From an uncultured Candidatus Saccharibacteria bacterium (GTDB taxonomy: Bacteria > Patescibacteriota > Doudnabacteria > UBA920): DNA of 55,825 nt. Location: positions 1 through 55,825 of the forward strand of contig CAZLPF010000005.1 of assembly GCA_964561365.1 (NCBI GenBank), given 5' to 3'. Every line of letters begins with the position of its first letter. Position 1 is the stretch's first letter. Made by a program: the position numbers and the translations under genes. The notes below the pieces were generated by a model. It worked only from the letters and a program-made list of their open reading frames with translations, was not told the origin of the DNA and did no database searches. Positions 30,206 through 39,074 of the stretch are shown here, one piece after another.

Positions 30206-32338
30206 CTAGCGATCGTCGCCCTTTACCGTTACGGTAACCTCCGCGCGTTTCCCGTCCGCACCTTCAGCCGCAATGGTGTATGAGCCGGCCTCGCGCGGCT
30301 GCCAGAGTGCGCGCTCACCTTCGCCGACGGCCGCACCGTTCACGCTCCAGCGCACGCTCGCCCGCGCCTCGAGCGGCACGCTCACCGTTCCGGTCAGGAG
30401 AAAGGTGTCGCCCCCGTGCGGGGCGAGAATCACGTTGCTGCCGAGGAGCAGCCCGCGGGCCTGCTCGACGCTATCGCCCTTCAGCCCGAAGTCTTCCGTG
30501 CCGGTTTCGTCCACCACCGCGGTAACGTGGCTGAAGTCGAATGGTGTGCCCTTGCTGTAGGGCGAGGCGTACATGAGCTGCATGACGTCGTGCCAGATGC
30601 GCGCCGCGCCCGAGAGGCCGGTAACCTGGCGCATGGCGGAGCCGTCGCTGTTGCCGACCCAGACGGCGACGAGGAAGTCGGGCGTGTAGCCCACGGTCCA
30701 GCTGTCGTGGTAGTCGCGCGATGTGCCGGTTTTGAGCGCGTAGTTTTTGTACGGCAGGTTCAGGCTGCTCGCCATGCCGAACTGCTCAACCCCGGTATCG
30801 CGGTCGCTCAAAATTTTATTGATGAGCTGCACGGCTGAGCTGCTCGCCACGGTCTCGGGTGCCGTCCGCGCGTCTGCCATGGGCGGCGCGAGGAACGGCG
30901 AACCGTCGCCGGCGCGGTAGACGGTCAGGGGCTTCAAAACCCCGCCGTTCGGAAACAGGCTGAAATAGTAGGCAAGGGTGAGAGGGTCGGCCTCGAGCCC
31001 GCCTAAGGCAATGCTCAGCTCGTAGTTCTCGAGCGGCTGCACGGGCCGGAAGCCGAGGTCGTGCTTGAGGAACCGGTAGAAGGGTTCGAGGCCGACGTAC
31101 TCGAGGACCTGCACGCTCGGCACGTTTAGGCTGTTGCTGAGCGCGCCGTGGAGCGTCACGGTCCCGCGGTAAGTGCCGTCGAAATTTTTCGGGAAAAAAT
31201 CGAAGCCGTTGCCGATTTGGTACTTGAGTTCCCGGTCCTCAACCTTGGTGTATGGACGCGCGCCTTTCTCGAAGGCCTTTACGTACATGAAGGGTTTGGC
31301 CGTCGAGCCTATAGCCCGCGGCTGGACCGCCATGTTGACCTGCGCGCCCGCCTCGCTGCCGCCCGGATCCGGCGAGCCGACGAGCGCGAGGAGCTCGTTC
31401 TCCGGCAGCTTCAGAACTACGACCGCGCCGCCGTGGGCGGTCTCGAGGACCGGGCTCGCGAGGTTCCGCGCGACAATGTCTCGCACCCGCTCGGTGAGGT
31501 CGGCGTCTACCGTGAGCGCGCAGGACCCGGCACACGGCAGGTCGAGGCTCTGCAGCTCGAAGCTCGCCCCGTTCCGCCGGTGCGCCGTAGTTTTTTGGGG
31601 ACGCGCGAGGGCCAGGTCATCTGCGGAAACCCCCACGTTCAGCTGGCCGGCAATTCGGCCGACGCGTTCGAGGTTTCCCGGGGTGCCGACGCCGCTCTTC
31701 GACGGGCTGTTGAGCGTGGCGAGGAGGGCGAGCGTCTGGGCGTCGCTCAGGTTCTCCGGCGGCACGCCGTAGTAGTAGCTCGCCGCCTCGGTCAGGCCTT
31801 GCGCCTGCCCGCCGAAGTAGGCCGAGTTCAGGTACATGGTCAAAATTTCGCGCTTACCGCTCCGCGACTCGAGCGCGAGCGCGTAGGCGAGCTCTTTGAG
31901 CTTGTTCTGAAGGCCGCGCTCCTGCTCGTTGCCGAGCAAGACCTTCACGAGCTGCTGGGTCAGGGTGCTCGAGCCCGTGCCGCGGCCCCGGCGGACGCGG
32001 TAGGAGAGGTCGCGGAGTACGCTCACCGGATTGAATCCGGGGTGGAGGTAAAAGTACCGGTCTTCTTTCTTGAGCAGCAGCTCGGCTACGCGCGCCGGCA
32101 CCGTGCTCGCGAACTGATCGAAGTTGCCGCGGGCGTTTTGCTCCATGCGCAGCACCGTACCGCTGCGGTCCCGAACCACCACCGAGCTCTGGGCCGCGTA
32201 CGACCGCTCGAGCTGCCGAACCAGGAGACCTGAAACGACGTACCAGGCCGCCACAATGCTAACCGCCGCCAGCAGCAGCGCTTTTTTGCGCGTGGCCAGG
32301 CCCAAAACTTTCCGTAACTGTTCGCCTAAATTCTTCAC
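30206..32338 (-). CDS. pbpC: Penicillin-binding protein 1C-like
   Basis: EDRYFYLHPGFNP, STLTQQ, STAK, SLN, KTG, C-terminal beta domain; adjacent to A2M. Confidence 0.88.
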   Translation of the reverse strand: MKNLGEQLRKVLGLATRKKALLLAAVSIVAAWYVVSGLLVRQLERSYAAQSSVVVRDRSGTVLRMEQNARGNFDQFASTVPARVAELLLKKEDRYFYLHPGFNPVSVLRDLSYRVRRGRGTGSSTLTQQLVKVLLGNEQERGLQNKLKELAYALALESRSGKREILTMYLNSAYFGGQAQGLTEAASYYYGVPPENLSDAQTLALLATLNSPSKSGVGTPGNLERVGRIAGQLNVGVSADDLALARPQKTTAHRRNGASFELQSLDLPCAGSCALTVDADLTERVRDIVARNLASPVLETAHGGAVVVLKLPENELLALVGSPDPGGSEAGAQVNMAVQPRAIGSTAKPFMYVKAFEKGARPYTKVEDRELKYQIGNGFDFFPKNFDGTYRGTVTLHGALSNSLNVPSVQVLEYVGLEPFYRFLKHDLGFRPVQPLENYELSIALGGLEADPLTLAYYFSLFPNGGVLKPLTVYRAGDGSPFLAPPMADARTAPETVASSSAVQLINKILSDRDTGVEQFGMASSLNLPYKNYALKTGTSRDYHDSWTVGYTPDFLVAVWVGNSDGSAMRQVTGLSGAARIWHDVMQLMYASPYSKGTPFDFSHVTAVVDETGTEDFGLKGDSVEQARGLLLGSNVILAPHGGDTFLLTGTVSVPLEARASVRWSVNGAAVGEGERALWQPREAGSYTIAAEGADGKRAEVTVTVKGDDR

Positions 32339-32450
32339 CGCCGGTTTTCGTAGGGGAATGAAATATCACCTTCAACTATATAGGTATAGCCAAATTACGT
32401 CTTTGTCATAGAAATTGCCTAAAAAGCTTATATTTATAAGGTTTTTATCA

Positions 32451-32480
32451 TTGACAATAATTCAATAAATGTGTTATAAT
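32451..32480 (+). promoter_or_regulatory. Strong sigma70 promoter for the 32639 gene
   Basis: TTGACA-18 nt-TATAAT with TG extension in an AT-rich patch. Confidence 0.7.
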
Positions 32481-32529
32481 TATATTTAGTTCTTTGGCAA
32501 GCAAAAGGGGGTTCTAAAGAGAAGGAAAC

Positions 32530-32594
32530 GTCCTTCGGGGAAATCTGGCGGCCAACGGTCATGTGCTGTTTGTTGCCAGATTCCCCTGAAGGAC
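32530..32594 (+). promoter_or_regulatory. Long 5'-UTR hairpin
   Basis: GTCCTTCGGGGAAATCTGGCGGC pairs with GTTGCCAGATTCCCCTGAAGGAC; inner AACGG/CTGTT. Confidence 0.6.
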
Positions 32595-32638
32595 TACAAA
32601 GTCCGGATGGTATTCGTTCGCAACAGGAGAAACACAGG

Positions 32639-33826
32639 ATGAAAATCTTTCTGGCGTTCATTACGGCCAGCCTCATTTGGGGCACGGCCTTCGCGCAAGA
32701 GACAACCCGGGAGCGCCTCGCCGCTCTCGACCGCAACGAAGCGGCTGCCAAGCAGCTCGCTGCTACTACCACCAAGACCACGACCAAGAGCGTTGAACGG
32801 AGCGCGATCGTGACTCGGTGCGAGCAACCCCTATACGTCGCCCTCAACGGAAACGAAGGTGTGCGGGCGATCTGTGATGTTGACAACAGCGGCAGCGCAG
32901 ACGCATCGTACTCGTTCTTTCGGCTCCCCGAAGAGTCAGGCAACTACGTGTCTGCACTCGGGACCAACCGGATGGGCAGCGTCATGTTCCTCGCGACCGA
33001 TCAGGGCAGCATTCTCCGTTTGTCAGACACCAACCAAGACGGCGTGGCCGATGAGAAGAGTACTGCCGAGAATCCTGGACTCGCCTATACGGAGCGCATC
33101 CTGCCGCTCGACGGTACGGCGCCGCTCATCTACACAGAGAACGCGCAGGGCGGACGATTCAACCTCTACCGTTTGGAAAGGAATGAAACGGTGGTACAGG
33201 GGGGCGACATCCCCCGCGGCGCACGACGGGTTGCCGGTTCGATTATGATGCGCGACGGCGTGCTCACCATCGACGCCGCTCAAGACATGGTCAGGAAGTA
33301 CGCGCTCAATGGCGTCGGCTACCTTGATAACACCAACTCCCGGAACGAGGTCATCCTCCGCGGCGAACGCATTACGAGCATTGCCTACGACGAACGCGCG
33401 AGCCTCCTGTTCGTACTCATGGCCGGCAACTGCGGCGACATGAACGTTCCGCAGCCGCCCCCCGGCGGCCCGACGCCGCTCCCGAGCGTCGTCAATACGT
33501 GCAGCGCCCCGGTTACCAAAGTCTACCGTCTCACCGGGACTTCACTTCAGCAAGTCGGAGCCATGAGCCACACGCTCCTGAACGTGAGCTACAATCTTTC
33601 CGGGCACCCCATGGCGGCCAGGAACGGCAAGCTCTACGTTACGGTGTTCGGCAATGATCGGGAACGTGGACGCAGCGGGCATCAGATTATTGAGCTGCGT
33701 TACGATCAGGCTACCGGACGCCCAATAGATGTGCCCACGGTATTCGCCGACTCGGTACATCTCGGAGATTACGCTTACCTCAAAGGACTCACGTTCTTCG
33801 ACGGCGGGCCTGCTCCGGTCAACTGA
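32639..33826 (+). CDS. Secreted hypothetical protein (395 aa), beta-rich, with DxNxDG-type motifs
   Basis: RBS CAGGAG; signal peptide MKIFLAFITASLIWGTAFA; DVDNSGSAD and DTNQDGVAD. Confidence 0.75.
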   Translation: MKIFLAFITASLIWGTAFAQETTRERLAALDRNEAAAKQLAATTTKTTTKSVERSAIVTRCEQPLYVALNGNEGVRAICDVDNSGSADASYSFFRLPEESGNYVSALGTNRMGSVMFLATDQGSILRLSDTNQDGVADEKSTAENPGLAYTERILPLDGTAPLIYTENAQGGRFNLYRLERNETVVQGGDIPRGARRVAGSIMMRDGVLTIDAAQDMVRKYALNGVGYLDNTNSRNEVILRGERITSIAYDERASLLFVLMAGNCGDMNVPQPPPGGPTPLPSVVNTCSAPVTKVYRLTGTSLQQVGAMSHTLLNVSYNLSGHPMAARNGKLYVTVFGNDRERGRSGHQIIELRYDQATGRPIDVPTVFADSVHLGDYAYLKGLTFFDGGPAPVN

Positions 33827-33889
33827 CCCACAAACCTTCTCTCCTATCTTCCAGCAGCGAGCCTGTTCCTCCTTCTCGCTGCTGTATCC

Positions 33890-33931
33890 GCCGCCGGCCT
33901 GCGCTCCCCGCAAGCCGGCGGCCTTCTTTTT
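33890..33931 (+). terminator. Intrinsic terminator
   Basis: GCCGCCGGC...GCCGGCGGC + CTTCTTTTT; a second 10-bp hairpin lies at 33852-33884. Confidence 0.65.
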
Positions 33932-34004
33932 ATCTACATTGCCCGACATCATTTTTTGTGCTCTAATGGTTGCAGATACCGAGGGCGTGTCCAGAAACCA
34001 AACC

Positions 34005-34199
34005 ATGAATCCGAACGCTTACCGCAGCCACAAACCGAGGCCGGTGCCGACGCGGCACCGGAGCCTCCAGCACCTGACCGTTTCTTCGCTCGGCGCGGCG
34101 TTCAGCAAGAGGCTCCACCCGGTCGTCTCGCTCTGCCTCGTGCTCATGGTCTCCGCAGCGCTCGTCTCGGTCATTGCCGAACGCCTGAACCATTTTTAG
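34005..34199 (+). CDS. Small single-TM protein (64 aa)
   Basis: Basic N-terminus plus hydrophobic helix, similar to the N-terminus of the next gene. Confidence 0.6.
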   Translation: MNPNAYRSHKPRPVPTRHRSLQHLTVSSLGAAFSKRLHPVVSLCLVLMVSAALVSVIAERLNHF

Positions 34200-34222
34200 C
34201 TCAAGAAGAAATTAATATTTCC

Positions 34223-35695
34223 ATGAAACAGAAGCGGCTAGAACCGAAGCAGCCCGACCCGGTTCGGACCTTGCCGAGCCTCGTAACCTCGGCCATCCAC
34301 GGCGCCGCCCACCGGCGCATTCACCCCATTCTGGCCGTGAGCCTCCTGCTCATGGTCGCGAGCGTGCTCGCGAGCGCCGTGGTTTTCCACGCCGAGCGGT
34401 CGTTCGACCCGGCCGGCGGTGCCCGCGTTCTCGGCACCTCCACGCCGGCACCGCTGACCCTCGTTTCGAACCGGAGCCTCCGCTTGACCGTCGTTCCGGT
34501 GAACTATACCGAGAGCGGTACCTGGACCTACCGCACCGAGTGGCGGCGGACCCTCAACCGCGTCGGTTCGATCCGCATTTCGCTCAAGTCGGATCCGAGC
34601 AACGTGCTGCTCTCCATTCCCCAGGCACCACGCGAGACCATTCCGGCGGTCGAACCCGCGCTCACGCCCGACGTTCGCTACCGCATAGAGTTTTTCTCCC
34701 AGCCGAATTTCCAAGGTCCGCTCCTCGCCCGTAAATTCTTCACCGCCGCTTCGAGACCAGACGAACCCATTGCCATGTGCGACTACGCGGCGCCGCCAGC
34801 CGGCTGCAGCTACGTACGTGGCGACCACTTCAACCCCGTTACGCAGTGCGGCCTCGAACTCCGGTGCGGCGCGTCCTCGACGACTACCTCGACGGAACCG
34901 GTCTTTTGCACCATGGACGCAAAAATCTGTCCCGACGGCAGCGCCGTGGGCCGCCGGGGTCCGAACTGCGAATTCGCCCCGTGCCCGAGTCCGACGGGCA
35001 GCTCAACCCCCGCCTGCGTACCGCGCCCGGCCTGCTTAGACAGCGGCCCGGTCCGCTGCCTCCCGCCGGAACCCGCCGCCGGCTGGTGCGAGCGCCCCAT
35101 CTGCCCCCAAGTTTTGTGCGCAGCTCCGCCAGCGGGCTACCACTATGAGCGGAGCTCTGGCCAAGTCTGCGGTTGCGGACAGCTCGTGCCCGACGCGACG
35201 AGCTCAGAAGACAGCATCACCGTGCTCTCACCGAACGGCGGCGAGAACTGGCTCCGCGGGAGCACCCAGACCATCCGCTGGCGGGGCCCGTCGCCCGTGC
35301 GCATTGAGCTCGTTCCCGGCGAGCCCTGCAACGCGGACGGCCGCCAGTGCCTCATTGCCGATCCGCCGCCAATCCTCATCGCCGCTGCCGCTACCGGAGG
35401 CTCCTACCGGTGGACCGTGAACGATACGAACAGCGCGACCGGCCTAATACTCGCCACGTCGCGCTACAAAATCCGCATTTCTGGTCCCGTTGACCGCTGT
35501 ACGAACTCGGTGCCGGCGCACTGCTACGGGCCGGTAGACGAGAGCAATCAGCCGTTCACCCTGCGCACGGACGGCACCTTCATGAGCTGCGACTACGCGG
35601 CGCCCCCCGCCGGCTGCACCTACCGGTTCGGCGACGAGACCGACCCGACGACCGGTTGCAAGATTCCGACCACCATCTGCACGAGGGGCGAGTAG
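34223..35695 (+). CDS. Membrane-anchored Cys-rich surface protein (490 aa)
   Basis: TM anchor; CDYAAPPAGC twice; CTMDAKICPDGSAVGRRGPNCEFAPCP; ITVLSPNGGENW Ig-like domain. Confidence 0.8.
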   Translation: MKQKRLEPKQPDPVRTLPSLVTSAIHGAAHRRIHPILAVSLLLMVASVLASAVVFHAERSFDPAGGARVLGTSTPAPLTLVSNRSLRLTVVPVNYTESGTWTYRTEWRRTLNRVGSIRISLKSDPSNVLLSIPQAPRETIPAVEPALTPDVRYRIEFFSQPNFQGPLLARKFFTAASRPDEPIAMCDYAAPPAGCSYVRGDHFNPVTQCGLELRCGASSTTTSTEPVFCTMDAKICPDGSAVGRRGPNCEFAPCPSPTGSSTPACVPRPACLDSGPVRCLPPEPAAGWCERPICPQVLCAAPPAGYHYERSSGQVCGCGQLVPDATSSEDSITVLSPNGGENWLRGSTQTIRWRGPSPVRIELVPGEPCNADGRQCLIADPPPILIAAAATGGSYRWTVNDTNSATGLILATSRYKIRISGPVDRCTNSVPAHCYGPVDESNQPFTLRTDGTFMSCDYAAPPAGCTYRFGDETDPTTGCKIPTTICTRGE

Positions 35696-35706
35696 CCCCC
35701 GAGTGC

Positions 35707-35744
35707 AAACCCGTCCCGCGGTACCCGCGGGACGGGTTTTTCTT
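35707..35744 (+). terminator. Intrinsic terminator
   Basis: 15-bp stem AAACCCGTCCCGCGG/CCGCGGGACGGGTTT followed by a T-rich tail. Confidence 0.75.
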
Positions 35745-35771
35745 TGCCCCCATACCGCCTATAATTGAGCC

Positions 35772-38537
35772 ATGCCTCAAAAGCCCCGCTACATGCTCGT
35801 GGACGGCAACGCCCTCATCCACCGCGGTTTCCACGCTCTCCCGAACCTCGCCACCAAGTCCGGCGAACCCACGGGGGCCGTCTACGGCTTCCTCATGATT
35901 TTGCTCAAAGCCATGCAGGAGCTGAAACCGACCCACGTCATTTGCACCTTCGACCTGGCCGGGCCGACCTTCCGCCACGAGCGCTACGCTGAGTACAAGG
36001 CCCACCGGGTCAAGGCGGCCCAGGAACTCTACGACCAGATTCCGCGGGTCAAGGAGGCGGTCCGTGCTCTCGGCATTCCCATTTTTGAAAAGGAAGGTTT
36101 CGAGGCCGATGACGTCATTGGCACGCTCGCGCGCCGGCTCTACGAACAGCGCGGCGGGGCGTGCGAGATCATCATCGTTACCGGCGATCTCGACACGCTC
36201 CAGCTCGTCAACGGCAGCGTGAAGGTCTTCACCATGCGCAAGGGGCTCTCGGACACTGTGCTCTACGACGGTAAGTCCGTGCGCGAGCGCTACGGGCTCC
36301 AGCCTTCGCAGATGGTCGACTACAAGGCCCTCCGCGGCGACCCGTCGGACAACATCAAGGGCGTGAAGGGCATTGGCGAAAAAACGGCGCAAGATTTAAT
36401 CCAGCAGTTCGGCTCAATCGATGAGCTGTACAGCGCCATTGCTTCAGGCAGCAAGAAGCTCGAGAAGATTCGTCCGAAGGTTTTAGAGCTCCTCAGGGCC
36501 GGCGAGCGTGAGGCGCGCGAGTCGTTCATGCTCTCGACCATTGTTACCGACGTGCCCCTCGACGTTGACGTTCCGCCCTACGAGCTCGATCAGGAGCACC
36601 TCAGGCAAACGCTCAAGATTTTTCAGGATTTGGAGTTCAAGAGTTTGCTCGCGAAACTCCCGAAACCAGGGAAGGGGAGCGCCCCGCTCTCGGACGACGG
36701 TGCCCCGGAAACCGCCATTCGCGAGGCGAATAGCGCGAAAAAGTTTAAGCAGGATTACCGGCTCATTGCCTCGGCCGCCGAGCTCGAGCGGGTGGTCAAA
36801 GCGCTCGGCGCGGCTTCCGAGCTCTGCGTCGACACCGAAACTACCGGCCTGCGCGTCCAAGATTCGCGCCTCGTTGGCGTGGGTGTGTGCGCCGAAGAGG
36901 GGGTAGCCTACTACGTTCCAGCTGAGCTCGCGCACAAGTCCGGGAGTTTCAAGCAGCTCCTCGCGCGTACGGATTTGCCGAAGGTCGGCCACAATTTGAA
37001 GTTCGACTTCGCGGTGCTGGCCCAGGCCGGCCTGCCGCTCGGCGGCCTCTCGTTCGACACCATGCTCGCGAGCTACCTGCTCAACGCCGGCAGCCGGCAG
37101 TACAGTCTCGACAGCCTGGCCTTCACTGAGCTCGGTTACCAGATGCAGCCCATTGCCGAGCTCATCGGCGAAGGCAAAGACGAAATTACCATGGACCAGG
37201 TGCCGCCCGAGAAGGTGGCCTGGTACTGCGGGGAAGACGTCGATATCACGTTGCGCCTGAAGCACCTCCTCGAGCCCCGACTGAAAGGCGAAAAGCTCGA
37301 CCAGCTGCTCCGCGACATTGATCTGCCCATCGTGCCCGCGCTCGCGGACATGGAAGCGGCGGGCATCGCGCTCGACGTTCGGCTCATGGCGCGTCTCTCG
37401 GCCGAAGCCGAGGTCGACATTAAACAGCTCGAACGTGACATCTACAAGCTCACGGGGACGGAGTTCAACCTGAACTCTCCGAAGCAGATGAAGGACGTTC
37501 TGTTCGAGAACATGAAGCTCGTGCCCGTGGAGAACCGCCGGACGAAGTCCGGCTTGTCTACGGCGGCCGACGAGCTCGAGAAGATGCGCGACCAGCACCC
37601 GGTCATCGGTAAAATTCTCGAGTACCGCGAGCTCTCGAAGCTGCAGTCAACCTACCTGCTCGCGCTCCCGCAGATGGTCAGTAAAGAAACCGGCCGCATC
37701 CACACGAACTTCAACCAGACCATTGCGGCTACGGGCCGGCTGTCGTCGACCGATCCGAACCTCCAGAACATTCCCGTCCGCGGCGAGGGGCTCGGCAGCA
37801 AGGTTCGCACGGCTTTCGTGGCCGCGCCGGGCTTCGAGCTCCTGTCGCTCGACTACTCCCAGATTGAGCTCCGCGTTGCCGCGCACCTGTCGCTCGACCC
37901 GAAAATGGTCGAGGTCTTCAAGACCGGCCAGGACATTCACGCCCGCACCGCGGCGGAAATTTACGGCGTGCCGCAGGACAAGGTCACCAAGGATATGCGC
38001 CGTGACGCGAAGACGATCAATTTCGGCATTCTCTATGGCGTGTCGAGCTTCGGCCTCTCGAGCCGCGTCCAGGAGATGTCCCGCCAGGACGCTAAGGAGT
38101 TTATCGACCGTTACTTTCAGGCCTACCCCAAGCTCGCCGAGTGCCTCGAGCAAATTAAGCTCCAGGTCCGGGAGGAGGGCTTCGTCCGGAGCGAGACAGG
38201 CCGCATTCGCCGTTTTCCCGAAATCCACTCCTCGCAGTTCGCGGTTCGCCAGTCTGCCGAGCGCGCGGCTGTGAATTTTCCGTTCCAGAGCCTCGCGGCC
38301 GACGTCATTAAGCTCGCCATGATCAAGGTCTTTGCCGAAATTGAGCACGACGCTGATGTGCGCATGCTCCTCCAGGTCCACGACGAACTTTTATTTGAGG
38401 TTCGCGCCGGCACGGCCGCGCGCTACGCGGCGCTCATTCGCCCGCTCATGGAGAACGCGCTGCCGCTGAAGGTGCCGGTCGTGGTCGAGGCGAAGTCCGG
38501 TCCGAACTGGGGCGACATGGTACCGCTAACCACCTGA
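35772..38537 (+). CDS. polA: DNA polymerase I
   Basis: 5'-3' exo (LVDGNALIHR, EADDVIGTL), 3'-5' exo (DTETTG), polymerase (TGRLSSTDPNLQNIP, DYSQIELR, LQVHDELL). Confidence 0.99.
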   Translation: MPQKPRYMLVDGNALIHRGFHALPNLATKSGEPTGAVYGFLMILLKAMQELKPTHVICTFDLAGPTFRHERYAEYKAHRVKAAQELYDQIPRVKEAVRALGIPIFEKEGFEADDVIGTLARRLYEQRGGACEIIIVTGDLDTLQLVNGSVKVFTMRKGLSDTVLYDGKSVRERYGLQPSQMVDYKALRGDPSDNIKGVKGIGEKTAQDLIQQFGSIDELYSAIASGSKKLEKIRPKVLELLRAGEREARESFMLSTIVTDVPLDVDVPPYELDQEHLRQTLKIFQDLEFKSLLAKLPKPGKGSAPLSDDGAPETAIREANSAKKFKQDYRLIASAAELERVVKALGAASELCVDTETTGLRVQDSRLVGVGVCAEEGVAYYVPAELAHKSGSFKQLLARTDLPKVGHNLKFDFAVLAQAGLPLGGLSFDTMLASYLLNAGSRQYSLDSLAFTELGYQMQPIAELIGEGKDEITMDQVPPEKVAWYCGEDVDITLRLKHLLEPRLKGEKLDQLLRDIDLPIVPALADMEAAGIALDVRLMARLSAEAEVDIKQLERDIYKLTGTEFNLNSPKQMKDVLFENMKLVPVENRRTKSGLSTAADELEKMRDQHPVIGKILEYRELSKLQSTYLLALPQMVSKETGRIHTNFNQTIAATGRLSSTDPNLQNIPVRGEGLGSKVRTAFVAAPGFELLSLDYSQIELRVAAHLSLDPKMVEVFKTGQDIHARTAAEIYGVPQDKVTKDMRRDAKTINFGILYGVSSFGLSSRVQEMSRQDAKEFIDRYFQAYPKLAECLEQIKLQVREEGFVRSETGRIRRFPEIHSSQFAVRQSAERAAVNFPFQSLAADVIKLAMIKVFAEIEHDADVRMLLQVHDELLFEVRAGTAARYAALIRPLMENALPLKVPVVVEAKSGPNWGDMVPLTT

Positions 38538-38540
38538 AGC

Positions 38541-39074
38541 ATGGCCGCTGATGAACTGCTCGAAATTTACGACGAGAACGACGAGCCGCTCGGCAAGACC
38601 AAACATCGCGGCGAGGTGCACCGTGACGGTGACTGGCATAGAACCGTGCACGTTTACATCGTGAATGGTTCTGGTGAGCTGCTCGTGCACCTCCGGAGCC
38701 CCTACAAAGATTCCACCCCGAATTGCTGGGATACGAGGTTCGGTGGCCACGTGAAGTCCGGCGTACGCCCGCTCGACGTTGCGGTTTCCGAATTGTTTGA
38801 GGAACTTGGGATTGCGGTTGACCCTGGCGAGCTCGCCGAGCTACCGAAGCAGCGGTACGACGGGGCAACCAACCGTGAACACATCTACCCCTTCATGCTC
38901 GGGAAAGATCTCAATTCTGCCGACTGCCGATTTAATGATGGTGAGGTGGTCGAGGTGCGGTGGTTGAGCCCGGAGCAGATTATTTCTGAAATGGACACTA
39001 CACCGGAACGGTGGGGTGTTATGGTCGATAGTTTCAAAAAAATTGTTCCTCTGTTGAAGCATGGACGAAATTAA
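38541..39074 (+). CDS. NUDIX hydrolase (IDI-like)
   Basis: GDWHRTVHVYI, WDTRFGGHV, AVSELFEELGI, EVVEVRW. Confidence 0.88.
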   Translation: MAADELLEIYDENDEPLGKTKHRGEVHRDGDWHRTVHVYIVNGSGELLVHLRSPYKDSTPNCWDTRFGGHVKSGVRPLDVAVSELFEELGIAVDPGELAELPKQRYDGATNREHIYPFMLGKDLNSADCRFNDGEVVEVRWLSPEQIISEMDTTPERWGVMVDSFKKIVPLLKHGRN

